Shown here: positions 43,930 through 56,907 of the stretch, one piece after another
Layout: every line of letters begins with the position of its first letter
How positions within the stretch are numbered: position 1 is the first letter of the stretch
NCBI GenBank assembly: GCA_002269645.1
Contig: NIVC01000592.1
Coordinates: 124,001-188,000 of the forward strand
Source of the DNA: Macrostomum lignano
Taxonomy: Eukaryota
DNA length: 64,000 nucleotides
Direction: 5' to 3'
Program-made: the position numbers and the translations under genes
Notes under the pieces: model-generated
The model's input: only the letters and a program-made list of their open reading frames with translations
What the model was told of the DNA's origin: nothing
The model's database searches: none

Positions 43930-44481
43930 GGCAATCCTACACTTCCGTTCGGTAAATTATTTTGACATTGAATTTTGAACAGGCGTGGTAAATAACAATG
44001 TAACCAAACAAAACTAAAACAGTGGAACATGGTAGCAGTCTGTTAGTGCGCATAGTCACTTAGAGTGTGTCTGCAGGTCATTAAGGTGTCTACAATGGAT
44101 AGTAATGTCCAATCCAGTACAGGATAGCCCCAAATGGACATTGGGGATACAGACGACACCAGAGAAATTCCTCAATGTGTGTGTCAAAGAGAGCGTCGCT
44201 CGTGCCATGCATGTTGCGGATCTTGCGCTTCGCGTGGGCCCATGTGCCCTCCACAGTGTTGGTGTGGACATGTCTCCATGGCAATGAAGACTGGAAGATA
44301 TGGGAAATTGAAGCTCAATAAAACAAGCAGCTCACAAGCAACAGCTCCCTTAAACTGACACCCCTTTAAACTCTGTTTGCTCAAACTTTGGCCATAGACA
44401 CATTGCCAATCGACATCATTTGACTCGGTGGTACGAATTCAAATGTGAAAATAATTTACCGAACGGAAGTGTAGGATTGCC
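43930..44481 (-). mobile_element. 552-bp non-autonomous Merlin (IS1016/IS1595-like) DNA transposon retaining the transposase C-terminus
   Basis: 34-bp perfect TIR GGCAATCCTACACTTCCGTTCGGTAAATTATTTT; 8-bp TSD AACAGATC/AACAGATA (7/8). ORF 44090-44284 reads HTNTVEGTWAHAK...G......HIEEFLW, an ISXO2-type C-terminal motif. Confidence 0.82.
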
Positions 44482-46829
44482 AACAGATAATCTATTGAAA
44501 AGACATTTTGTCAAAAGATGACTTCTTAAATAAAAAAAAACATTTCATAGAAGTTGGTATGGATGATTTGTTTAAAAAATATTTTTTTTGACTTTTGTTA
44601 TATATCATTATTGAATGAATGATAAATAAAAAAATAGTTGAATGATAAATGAAATATAGTTCATATTTAATATAGGCCTATATCTACTGGGTCATTCCAC
44701 AAGAGGGTCCCATCATGTTTCTAAACTTTAAGCACTTGTAACTTTTGAACCATAATAGATAGGCCTAGAACAAACCTGCAAAAAGCAATCTGTGTCAAGT
44801 CAAACTTCTAGTTCTATATTTTTCAAATAGCTGCTTATGAATTCAAAAACAACTGAACACATTGCAGAGCATAATCTATGCTGATGGTCGTTTTTTCATC
44901 ACCAAACTATTTACTACTTGAATTCCAGTTGTTTCGCCCCCAAATGAAACGGTCGAAATGATGGGCAAAACGGTCTGGGGGTGTCCATGGCCGAAATGGT
45001 TTATGGGCGAAGCAAAACGACCGGCTACCTACTAGTACTACTTTAGTGCACAATCAACACAAGTGTAGCTCAGAAACAATCAAAACTAGCCAGCTAATTG
45101 CTAAATAAACAATGACCACTGATAACAATACATGCAATGTAGTGTTTGTTTTACTTTATTGCACACATTCCTGTAATTGTAGATTTCAAAGAATTAACAA
45201 GCAAATAGGGTTTAAATTAACAAATGCTGATTTTTAGAATTAATTGAGAAAGCCAATTCAACTTAACTGAATCGCCCCTTTATCTTATTCTAGTCAGGAA
45301 AATTTTGGCGAGAGCTCGAGAGCACGCTTTATGTGATCTAACTAGAGTCGGTAGTCACTAGTCCGTGTTGCCCATTGCAGGTTCAACAGGATGTAATGAA
45401 TTAAATATCAATTTCATTTTGGTGGGTGGTCACAGACTGTTCCTAAGTTTTGAGAAAAATATGAATAACCAATAACAATGAAGTATGGACCAATAGATAG
45501 CTTTTGTAATAGTAGCAATATCTCAACCTGTAATTTTTGGATAACATTGTCATTGGTACCTTGGCAATGGCCGCCTAATCCACCAGTAATCCACATGACC
45601 ACATTGAAAGTTATGCACTGGTGTCCCATATTAATAATTAAGGTCATGTTTTTGGCATGGCATCTTAGACTCAGTATTTTTTCAGTAATAGACTTCATCT
45701 AGTGTAATTTAATAATCAAAATGAAATTAGTATTAGTAGGCCTAGCCCTAGTATTAGTAAGATTGTCCTTAATGCTTGAATTTCAGTCAAATCTAATTTG
45801 ATTCAACTTTAAAGTAGGCCTAATAATAAATCTGATTCAGTAGACCCTATAGGCTTAGCCATAGGGTATAAATGAGTTTTAACTCATTAAGTCTGAAGAG
45901 TTTTTCAATTCATTGAATAGATTAGTCCTATATTGCTTAATAATATAATTATAAACTTATGAAGTTGTTAGGCCTAGGCTTAATCAGTTACATTTTAAAT
46001 ACAATCTTTCTTTGTCCTATTAATAGGCTGATAATGCTCTAGGAATTTTTCAATTTGCTTTTGCAATAAGCTTTGGGTATTCTTAAGTCAAGGCCTTATA
46101 AAGCCTTCAATGAATTATTTAGCTGGACTTTAACAAGAAAATTTGTTTGCGGGGGATCATATATCAAAAATTAAATCAAGGTATTGCACTTATAGATGAA
46201 GTAAAGATAGTTCATACACTATCTAATAATTCCACGCCTGACCTTCCCTCATTTTTGTTTTATAATCCCCTTATAGTATAGACAACATTGTTTCACACTG
46301 TCAGGGATTGTATAACAAAATTGAAAGGAGGGTTAAAAAAGAGAAAGGAGGGACGCCAAAAAATCATGACTTACTTTTGTAGAATCTCTATCAGGTAGCC
46401 TAGACAAGGGTTTAGACATGGTACATGATCCCTTGCAATCAAGTTTTAAGTTGGGGCATCATATTACAAAATTGATGAAAAGCCCAAGTTAGATATGCTG
46501 CAAGTTACAACATGTTGCACAGTTAGCTAAAGGATATAATTTAGTGTTGTATAGTATTGAAATGATTTGAATAAAAAAATCAACTTTTTTTCACCTAAGC
46601 AGCCTGGGATGTAGGTAATAAAAATATACTAAATGGTGGTTTGGCATCCTTTTAATTTTCATTTAAGGTTTTCCATCAAAAGCTAAAGCTTTATTTGACA
46701 CTAATTTCTTAAAGTCAAGGTGCTATTTTCAAATTCAAGGCATGATTATTACAAATGTTGCTAACCAAACTTAGGCAAACCTAGGGATAAAAATTCTAAG
46801 AAGGGCAGTGTCCCAAACTTAGGTATAAT

Positions 46830-47001
46830 CATGCTTGGGCACAACCTTGGGATTCACCCGGCCATTTCCATTGGCAACACACACATATAAGTTGCTATTG
46901 GATGGAATAGTAGTCATGTGACTGCTCTTGGCCAATAGCAACTTACATGTGTGTGTTGCCAATGAAAACGGCCGAGTGAATCCCAAGGTTGCACATGTAT
47001 G
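46830..47001. mobile_element. 172-bp MITE of the same family as 43476-43648, opposite orientation, 8-bp TSD GGTATAAT
   Basis: TSD at 46822-46829 and 47002-47009; the central segment is the reverse complement of the other copy. Confidence 0.88.
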
Positions 47002-47249
47002 GGTATAATACCTGTGTCATGACACATTGGCACAAAACCATTTCCAGTTTACACCTGAGACTAGGTATCAACAGGATCTTGATCCCAATCTCATTATCTC
47101 TAAATCCTGAAGGATCCCAACAATAATGAAATATGATCTATGCAATTGAAGTTGATGGGCATCAACTTGCTGATCAAACAATGCACCGTGTCAGACTGCG
47201 ATAACTCATCCCAACTTTGCAGTTTTGAAGTTTTTCTGCACCAAAGAAA

Positions 47250-49046
47250 ATGCAACACCAGCCGGCCCAGCCTTTCAATCCATTCAAATTGCTGGCAGAC
47301 GAGGACAATCCAGAAGCGGAGGTTGATGTTACCAGCGATGACGAGGATGACGAGGACGAGCAAAGCGGATCCGCGTCCGCCTCGGCTGTGGAGCCGAGAG
47401 GCGAGTCGCAGCACATCGGCAGCGAGCCGTCGAGCTCGGAGCACAGACTGCAGTACGCCTACACCCTGTGGTACAACAGAAAATGCTCCACTGTAGCCAC
47501 CGGCTCGCAGAAGCCTTCGTACGATGAGACGCTCTGTCAGGTGGCCACTTTTCGCTCATTGGAACAGTTCTGGCACCTGTACGCCTACCTGGTCCGGCCC
47601 AGCGATATCGACACTCAGACTGATTACTTGATCTTCAAGGTGCGGGCAGCAGGTCGCTGGAACTTGCATTGTTTAAGCGCCTACATGTAGATAGGAAGAT
47701 AGATAGATAACTTTCTAATTATCAGACATTGTACACTCTGTGCCCTCCTGGGTGTGAATTGCAAGGCAACCTTTCTAATTATCAGACATTGTACACTCTG
47801 TGCCCTCCTGGGTGTGAATTGCAAGGCAACCTTTCTAATTATCAGACATTGTACACTCTGTGCCCTCCTGGGTGTGAATTGCAAGGCAACCTTTCTAATT
47901 ATCAGGCATTGTACACTCTGTGCCCTCCTGGGTGTGAATTGCAAGGCAACCTTTCTCATGGGTGTGAATGAGAAATGAGTGTGAATGGGTGTGAATCTGG
48001 TAGAAAACTGGCAGTTATCTGGTAGAAAAATGATAGTTATCTGGTAGAAAAATGGCAGTTATCTGGTAGAAAATGGCAGTTGTTTTGTAGAAAACTGGCA
48101 GTTATCTTTTAGAAAAATGATTGTTATCTGGTAGAAAAATGGCAGTTATCTGGTAGAAAACTGGCAGTTATCTGGTAGAAAAATGACAGTTATCTGGTAG
48201 AAAACTGGCAGTTATCTGGTAGAAAAATGACAGTTATCTGGTAGAAAACTGGCAGTTATCTGGTAGAAAAATGACAGTTATCGTGTAGAAAACTGGCAGT
48301 TATCTGGTAGAAAAATGACAGTTATCTGGTAGAAAACTGGCAGTTATCTGGTAGAAAAATGACAGTTATCTGGTAGAAAACTGGCAGTTATCTGGTAGAA
48401 AAATGACAGTTATTTGGTAGAAAAATGACAGTTATCTGGTAGAAAACTGGCAGTTGTCTGGTAGAAAAATGGCAGTTATCCCACTGGGATTTGGGCAGTT
48501 GTCCTGTAGAAAATACAGCAGTCATTCTTTTGGGAATTCAAGGCAGTTATCCAGCTGGTGACCTAGTTTTTTTCTTCGTGAATTTTAGTGTTGTAAAAAA
48601 GGTCTGTATAGTTATTGCTTTCAGAGCATCAAAGTGTCGAGTTAATCATTGGTGATGAATTTTGCCCCGCCCCACCCGCCGCCCGCCAGGAGGGCGTCCG
48701 GCCCATGTGGGAGGACGCGCACAACAAGGACGGCGGCAAGTGGATCATCCGGCTCAAGAAGGGCCTGGCCTCGCGCTGCTTCGAGGCCATGCTGTTCGCT
48801 CTGCTTGGCGAGCAGTTCGATGTTGGCGACGAAATCTGCGGCACCGTGATGTCTATCCGCTTCAAGGAGGACATCCTGTCCGTGTGGAACCGCACCGCCA
48901 CTGATGACGTCACCACCAAGCAGATCCGCGATATCATTAAGCGGACCCTGAACCTTCCAGCCAACACCATTATTGAGTACAAGCGGCATACAGACTCGCT
49001 CAAGGACAGGTCCAGCTACAGGAATACCGATGTCTATGTGCGGTAG
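47250..49046 (+). CDS. EIF4E2: Class II eukaryotic initiation factor 4E (4EHP), 248 aa, two exons
   Basis: Exon 1 47250-47639 (donor GTGCGG), exon 2 48690-49046 (acceptor CAG), phase 0. Motifs HRLQYAYTLWY, SYDE, EQFW, GVRPMWED..NKDGGKWIIRLKKGLASRC, LGEQF..G.EICG, LNLP.NTIIEYK.HTDS. Tyr at the W43 and W56 positions defines class II. Confidence 0.95.
47710..47955. repeat. 60-bp tandem repeat, 4 near-perfect copies, in the eIF4E2 intron
   Basis: Direct reading. Confidence 0.95.
47995..48480. repeat. 21-22-bp minisatellite (GGCAGTTATCTGGTAGAAAA) in the eIF4E2 intron
   Basis: Direct reading. Confidence 0.92.
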
Positions 49047-49089
49047 TGACCACTGGCTGCCTGTGATGTGGCTGCGATGGTTGCGCTGC

Positions 49090-49460
49090 AGCTGAGTCAG
49101 CTGGGCTGTAGCTGAGTCAGTTGGGCTGTAGCTGAGTCAGTTGTGCTGTAGCTGAGTCAGTTGGGCTGTAGCTGAGTCAGTTGCGATTTAGCTGAGTCAG
49201 TTGTGCTGTAGCTGAGTCGGTTGCGCTGTAGCTGAATCAGTTGGGCTGTAGCTGAGTCAGTTGGGCTGTAGCTGAGTCAGTTGCGATTTAGCTGAGTCAG
49301 TTGCGATTTAGCTGAGTCAGTTGTGCTGTAGCTGAGTCAGTTACACCGCAGCTGAGTCAGTTGCGCTGTAGCTGAGTCAGTTGTACCGTAGCTGAGTTAG
49401 CTGGACTGTAGCTGAGTCAGTTGCACCGCAGCTGAGTCAGCTGGGCTGTAGCTGAGTCAG
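49090..49460. repeat. 20-bp minisatellite (GCTGAGTCAGTTGGGCTGTA) just 3' of the eIF4E2 stop
   Basis: Direct reading. Confidence 0.92.
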
Positions 49461-49874
49461 CTAGAGGATCACTGAGTTGGTTTAAGTTCTCTTGGTTTAG
49501 CATGATTTATTAGTGTTTGGCTATGGGTAGATAGCCGCTGTGAGTATGAATAGACCCGTTTTCTGTCCTTAACTGTTCTCGAGTCATTCTATAAAGCTCC
49601 TCATGCCTTGTCCAATCTCTGTTCGAACTCAATCTCCATCAGTTTTTATGCGATTGATGAAGACATTTTCAATTGGCAGCAGTGCTGGTAGAAAATCAAA
49701 CATGTTGATAAATAATTATTAATAAAAAGCTTTGCGGATTTTTTACTTTGATGGTCCGCGTAGCCTCCTACTTGAAAACGTGAATTTGAATTTTTTACTG
49801 ACTTATTTGATCATCTGTTAATTTTTTTAATAGAATTTGATAGCTTTGGCTTTATGCCTGACAGTGCGGCAGTC

Positions 49875-50470
49875 AGGTGTGAGATTAATTCAGAATAGAG
49901 TTGTCATGTGTGAGATTAATTCAGAATAGAGTGGTCAGGTGTGAGATTAATTCAAAATAGAGTGGTCAGGTGTGAGATTAATTCAGAATAGAGTGGTCAG
50001 GTGTGAGACTAATTCAGAATAGAGTGGTCAGGTGTGAGATTAATTCAGAATAGAGTAGTCAGGTGTGAGATTAATTTAGAATAGAGTTGTCAGGTGTGAG
50101 ATAATTCAGAATAGAGTTGTCAGGTGTGAGATAATTCAGAATAGAGTTGTCAGGTGTGAGATAATTCAGAATAGAGTGGTCAGGTGTGGGATTAATTCAG
50201 AATAGAGTGGTCAGGTGTGAGATTAATTCAGAATAGAGTGGTCAGGTGTGGGATTAATTCAGAATAGAGTGGTCAGGTGTGAGATTAATTCAGAATAGAG
50301 TGGTCAGGTGTAAGATTAATTCAGAATAGAGTTGTCAGGTGTGAGATAATTCAGAATAGAGTTGTCAGGTGTGAGATAATTCAGAATAGAGTTGTCAGGT
50401 GTGAGATAATTCAGAATAGAGTAGTTAGGTATGAGATTAATTTAGAGCATAGTGGTCAGGTGTGAGATAT
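49875..50470. repeat. ~31-bp minisatellite (AGTGGTCAGGTGTGAGATTAATTCAGAATAG)
   Basis: Direct reading. Confidence 0.92.
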
Positions 50471-50641
50471 AGATATTGGCATTACCAAAATTGTATAATT
50501 CGCTTGTCTTTTTTCTCACAATACTACTATTGTCAGTAGGCTGAAGCGAGCCTATAGCTAGCTTGCATTAATACTTTCCAGGCGCAGCAGGTCACGCCCA
50601 GCCTCGGTCGGGCGGCACTGTAAGCGCTAGGACCAAAGACT

Positions 50642-53600
50642 ATGCAATCCTCGGTTGGGACTTCCCCGAAGTACACGGAGCACTTTGAAGAGGTCAACAA
50701 CAAGTTGATTTTAACCGATCGACGTTTACTATTGAAGCTCCCGTGCAAGTTGCTCGGGGCGCTGGTCAGGGAGTGCGGACTGCCGCGTGAGCTTGAGAAC
50801 AGTTTCTGCATTGACGATGATGGCGCAATGCGGCAGGTGGGTAGCGGAGATCTAAAATCCCAATGGATTGATGAATTTCTCAATGCTATACTTACTAAAT
50901 CTCTTATATTCATTCCGCTGCAGTTGGAGTCCACGGCTGAGGTGCCAATGAGCAAGGTGTGGAAAGTCGCGCTAGGTTGGCTTCAAGAAAACTATGGCGA
51001 CAGCTTTGGTGCTGTGTTTGTTAGCGCGATGCGCTGGGATCAAGTCGGCTGTGGCGACATTGCCAACAGGTTTGATAAGGGTGAGTGAGCGCCTTTTCAA
51101 TACAGGCTTGCCGGCTGCTTGGGGGAGGATTTCAGAGGCGCCAAATGTCGGGGGGAGGATTTCAGAGGCGCCAAATGTCGGGGGGAGGATTTCAGAGGCA
51201 CCAAATGTCGGGGGGAGGATTTCAGAGGCACCAAATTTCAGGGAGGATTTCAGAGGCGCTAAACGTCGGGGAGGATTTCAGAGGCGCCAAATTTCGGGGG
51301 GAGGATTTCAGAGGCGCCAAATTTCGGGGGGAGGATTTCAGAGGCGCCAAACTTCGGGGGAGGATTTCAGAGGCGCCAAATGTCGGGGGAGGATTTCAGA
51401 GGCGCCAAATGTCGGAGGGGAGTATTTCAGGGGCGCCAAATTTCGGGGAGGATTTCAGAGGCGCCAAATGTCGGGGGGAGGATTTCAGAGGCGCCAAATG
51501 TCGGGGGGAGGGGATTTCAGAGGCGCCAAATGTCGGGGGGAGGGGATTTCAGAGGCGCCAAATGTCGGAGGGGAGGATTTCAGAGGCGCCAAATGTCGGA
51601 GGGAGGATTTCAGAGGCGCCAAATGTCGGGGGGAGAATTTCAGAGGTACCAAATTTCAGGGAGGATTTCAGAGGCGCTAAACGTCGGGGAGGATTTCAGA
51701 GGCGCCAAATTTCGGGGGGAGGATTTCAGAGGCGCCAAATTTCGGGGGGAGGATTTCAGAGGCGCCAAATGTCGGGGGGAGGATTTCAGAGGCGCCAAAT
51801 GTCGGGGGGAGGATTTCAGAGGCGCCAAATGTCGGAGGGGAGTATTTCAGGGGCGCCAAATTTCGGGGAGGATTTCAGAGGCGCCAAATGTCGGGGGGAG
51901 GATTTCAGAGGCGCCAAATGTCGGGGGGAGGGGATTTCAGAGGCGCCAAATGTCGGGGGGAGGGGATTTCAGAGGCGCCAAATGTCGGAGGGGAGGATTT
52001 CAGAGGCGCCAAATGTCGGAGGAGGATTTCAGAGGCGCCAAATGTCGGGGGAGAATTTCAGAGGTGCCAAATGTCGGGGGGAGGGGATTTCAGAGGCGCC
52101 AAATGTCGGGGGAGGGGATTTCAGAGGCGCCAAATGTCGGAGGGAGGATTTCAGAGGCGCCAAATGTCGGAGGGAGGATTTCAGAGGCGCCAAATGTCGG
52201 GGGAGAATTTCAGAGGTGCCAAATGTCGGAGGGGAGGATTTCAGAGGCGCCAAATGTCGGGGGGAGGGGATTTCAGAGGCGCCAAATGTCGGGGGGAGGA
52301 TTTCAGAGGCGCCAAATGTCGGGGGGAGGGGATTTTAGAGGCGCCAAATCTCGGGGGGAGGGGATTTCAGAGGCGCCAAATGTCGGAGGGAGGGGATTTC
52401 AGAGGCGCCAAATGTCGGGGGGAGGGGATTTCAGAGGCGCCAAATGTCGGGGGGAGGGGATTTCAGAGGCGCCAAATGTCGGGGGGAGGGGATTTCAGAG
52501 GCGCCAAATGTCGGAGGGAGGGGATTTCAGAGGCGCCAAATGTCGGAGGGGAGGATTTCAGAGGCGCCAAATGTCGGAGGGAGGATTTCAGAGGCGCCAA
52601 ATGTCGGGGGGAGAATTTCAGAGGCGCCAAATGTCGGGGGGAGGGGATTTCAGAGGCGCCAAATGTCGGAGGGAGGGGATTTCAGAGGCGCCAAATGTCG
52701 GGGGAGGGGATTTCAGAGGCGCCAAATGTCGGGGGAGGGGATTTCAGAGGCGCCAAATGTCGGGGGGAGGGGATTTCAGAGGCGCCAAATGTCGGGGGAG
52801 GATTTCAGAGGCGCCAAATGTCGGGGGAGGATTTCAGAGGCGCCAAATGTCGGTGAGGATTTCAGAGGCGCCAAATGTCGGGGGGAGGGTTTCAGAGGCA
52901 CCAAATGTGAGATGTCAGCTGTGAAATGGGAAATGTCAGAAAGCATTAATAGAACCTGCTGTCCAGTGCAGCAGTGCATATAGCTGATGTACCACTCTAA
53001 GGTCTTTCGGCTGTGCGGCCGCTCTAGAATTATAGTCCATTTAGTGGATTGACGAAGTGCAAATTTGCGAGGCGCGCTAATGTGCATTGGATTTCCAGGA
53101 AATGCTCTCAGCCTGGTGTCTATTTTTAGCACAGTCCCCGCACCTGCAGTTAGTTGCGTCATTTTCCTGGAAATTGTCCGTCAATGATTCCTAGAAAAGC
53201 TCAAGTGGCTATTGTCGTTTTCTCTGGCTGCTATGCAGAGCTGCCTCCATGGGGCATGGATATATTGAGCTTACAGTGTGTGCCCTTTGTTAGTCAGATA
53301 TTAGTTCAAATTTAAACTGTTTCTCATTCATTCTTTCAGAACTCAGATTTTGTTATTCACCTATGGAGGTAAAACTGCTAAGAATTCAGTCAAGTAAGTT
53401 TGCGCTGTGGCTTGCTGTTTCTCTCCTCTGTCTCCCTCTTGCTTCCCTCCCTTGCCTCTCTTTGTTTCCTCTCTTGTCTCCTTCTTGTGTCTCCCAATCT
53501 TGTCTCCCTCTCGTGTCTCCTTCTCTCGTCTCCCTCCCGTGTCTCCCCCTCTTGTCTCCTTCTGGTGTCTCCCAATCTTGTCTCCTTCTCTCGTCTCCCT

Positions 53601-54374
53601 CCCTTGTCTCCCCCTCGTGTCTCCCTCTCTTGTCTCCTCTCCTGTCTCCCTCTCTTGTCCCCTGTCTCCCTCTCTTGTCTCCCTCTTGTCTCCCTCTCCT
53701 GTCTCCCTCTCTTGTCCCCTGTCTCCCTCTCTTGTCTCCCTCCCTTGTCTCCCTCTCCTGTCTCCCTCTCTTGTCCCCTGTCTCCCTCTCTTGTCTCCCT
53801 CTTGTCTCCCTCTCCTGTCTCCCTCTACTGTCTCCCTCTCTTGTCCCCTGTCTCCCTCTCTTGTCTCCCTCCCTTGTCTCCCTCTCCTGTCTCCCTCTCT
53901 TGTCCCCTGTCTCCCTCTCTTGTCTCCCTCCCTTGTCTCCCCTCTTGTCTCCCTCTCTTGTCTCCCTCTCTTGTCTCCCTCTCTTGTCTCCCTCTCTTGT
54001 CTCCCTCTCCTGTCTCCCTCTCTTGTCTCTCTCATGCGTTTTTCTCTTCGCATTTCTCCTTCATCTCTCATCCTCTCAAGCCCGCCTACGCAACCCCATT
54101 GGCAGTCGTCGCCTCCCTGGGCAATCGGCTCGACGTCGACGCCATTCGCGCCGCGGCCTCCGACGCGGCCACCGGCTCGCCCATCCAGCTGCCGACGCCC
54201 CGCGACCTGTCCAGGTGCGCCACCGCCCCCGACCTGGTGCAGCTGCTGGTCCGCTGCGATCGGATCGGCTGCCTCACCGGCCTCTGCCAGGACTCTGAGC
54301 AGGCCAAGGCAGAGCTGGCCGAACTGGAGCGGCTCATGTCCGAGCTGGCCCCTGCTGCTGGCAGCCGGAGCTAG
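50642..54374 (+). CDS. Putative ~224-aa helical protein, possibly a death-fold adaptor; 4 exons
   Basis: Exons 50642-50836, 50924-51080, 53340-53368 and 54081-54374 join in phase with GT-AG sites. The start codon and the small third exon are uncertain. Confidence 0.55.
51120..52910. repeat. G-rich 27-30-bp minisatellite (GGGGAGGATTTCAGAGGCGCCAAATGTCGG), ~1.8 kb, intronic
   Basis: Direct reading. Confidence 0.95.
53420..54035. repeat. CT-rich low-complexity minisatellite (CTTGTCTCCCTCT), intronic
   Basis: Direct reading. Confidence 0.9.
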
Positions 54375-54379
54375 CGGAG

Positions 54380-54381
54380 CC

Positions 54382-54428
<47 letters not shown>

Positions 54429-54475
54429 GTCTGTCTGTCTGTCTGTCTGACTGTCTGTCTGTCTGTCTGTCTGTC

Positions 54476-54520
<45 letters not shown>

Positions 54521-54535
54521 GTCTGTCTGCCTGCC
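54380..54535. repeat. (CTGT)n microsatellite immediately after the stop codon at 54374
   Basis: Direct reading. Confidence 0.95.
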
Positions 54536-54949
54536 TCGTCAAGCACTCACAGGAGAGACCTTCCCCAGTAATCTTTGCTTGTCTTTCCCCTTGTACAGTC
54601 AGTCAGAAGGCTGCCAGATCAGATATGAGCACTGCACGCGCCCATCCCATGCCAGCTGTATGCTGCTGTGTCGGCAAGGAATGCGCGACTCGTCTTTTGC
54701 GCTTTTTAATATCTGATCCAAAGTTTTATGTGGAGTTTGCAAATTAGCGTATAGCAAATATACGAAATCTATTCTATTTTTATTAAGTGTTTCACTGCTT
54801 TCATGTCAAGAAATTAAATAACTCTTTTCTGCCCCGTCTTGTAAATCACTTTACAAATATTATGCCCTGACTACCTGGCATCTCCTACCCTCACCTGACA
54901 AGCATTATCCTGACAACTCTGACATCTATATGTGACTGACACGACTGAT

Positions 54950-55625
54950 ATCCCAACCCTGACTCCTGACATCTCAAACCTGACCCCTGACATCTCAAAC
55001 CTGACCCTTGATACCCTAAACCTGACCCTTGATACCCTAAACCTGACCCCTGACATCTCAAACCTGACTTCCTACCATCTCAAACCTAACCTCTGACATC
55101 TCAAACCTGACCCCTGACATCTCAAACCTGACCCCCGACATCTCAAACCTGACCCTTGATACCCTAAACCTGACCCTTGATACCCTAAACCTGACCCTTG
55201 ATACCCTAAACCTGACGCCTGACATCTCAAACCTGACTTCCTACCATCTCAAACCTAACCTCTGACATCTCAAACCTGACCCCTGACATCTCAAACCTGA
55301 CCCTTGATACCCTAAACCTGACCCTTGATACCCTAAACCTGACCCTTGATACCCTAAACCTGACGCCTGACATCTCAAACCTGACTTCCTACCATCTCAA
55401 ACCTAACCTCTGACATCTCAAACCTGACCCCTGACATCTCAAACCTGACCCCCAACATCTCAAACCTGACCCTTGATACCCTAAACCTGACCCCTGACAT
55501 CTCAAACCTGACTTCCTACCATCTCAAAACTAACCTCTGACATCTCAAACCTGACCCCTGACATTTTAAATCTCACTCTGACATCCAAATTCTGGCTCCT
55601 CACATCTCAAACCTGACCCCCCACA
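54950..55625. repeat. ~22-bp minisatellite (CTCAAACCTGACCCCTGACAT)
   Basis: Direct reading. Confidence 0.9.
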
Positions 55626-56907
55626 GCCATGAGTCACCAAACTTCAGATCTTCCTGAGCCCTCCGGCCGCTGGCAACGCAGCCAAAAGCTCACAGGCCTG
55701 GCACCTGACCCGTTCCTGACACCTTTCTTTGACTTCTAACCGCTAAACACGATGCCAAGTAAAGGCAGCAAATTTACACTTTTGGAGATTTATCCAGACG
55801 ACAGGACTGAGGGATTTTATTGCATGAAGAGATCTCCTTAACCTGAACTAAAGAGTAGCAAGAACATAATGCTAAAGTTCGACTACTCATGAGTAGAAAG
55901 TATGGAGTGTAGCTCGAAAAGCTGGCATGGCGGGCAAAGAAATGACCCGGGTGGTGTCCTGGCAGTAGCACCCCGGGTTCGATTCGAATATGACGTTTTG
56001 GTCGCTCACTTAGCAGTTCAATCATCTATAAACTGTTTGCTGGTTTATTTTTATAAACAGCGATTCAGTCTGCCGTCGCTATGGGAGCCATCGAGGAAAG
56101 CCCGCGCCAATTGGTAGACAGAGGCCAATTATCAGGCATGGGGGTCAGCTGCTGTCATTCGCTTGCCGAGGTGCTGCACCGCGGCTCCCGGCGACGGTGA
56201 CGCGAGCTTCGAATGGCGCAACAGTTCAGACCGCTGCACTGGCTGGCTGGGAGGCTGCGGAGAGGAGATGAGGTGCCAGGGATGCTGGGCCGGCAGGGGA
56301 TGATGCAAGCAATTGGCGTGAGAGCTGATGAATCTGAAGATGCGGCCATGCAGTGGCGGATCCAGGATTTTCTGGGGGGGGGGTCATGGACCCCCTGGAT
56401 CCGCCACTGCTCTTAACTACGAAAGGGCAAGCCTAAAATTTTGTTTCCGAGGAGAGTCGAGCCCCCCCCCTAATTTTCTTGGGTGGGAGGTCAGCCCACC
56501 CCCTTGACCCTACCCTCTGGATCCGCCAGGGGATACTTACATGTACCTAAATCTACGAGCGTACTTACTGGCGGGGTGGTGCAGGTTCCGCGATTATGCC
56601 GCCGCGAGGCCCCTATCGCAACCCCCCAAGGTTTAACCCTGTGGTGCGCCTAGCCACCGCCAGTAGTCGGCAGGTTCGCAGAGAAGGCATTGGCGACCTT
56701 CATTCGGTCTGTATCTTGGACGGAGGCTAGATCACGGATGTTGTCCGAATTGACCAGCTCGTCCATTCACCGAGGGGGTGGCCGAGGTGTTTGTGCCGCG
56801 CCTTATTGAAGTAATGGCAGGGCGAATGTGATGCTTCGCGCGGTCTCCTCTCCTATGCCACAGCAAAGACAGGTGGGAGGCCAACCAGTTTGAAACTATC
56901 GATACAC

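Noticed and set aside
44885-45030. Possible MITE with GGTCGTTTT...AAAACGACC ends
   Set aside because: Only a 9-bp inverted match and no TSD.
51085-52983. 400-500-aa Gly/Arg-rich ORFs
   Set aside because: Translations of the intronic G-rich minisatellite.
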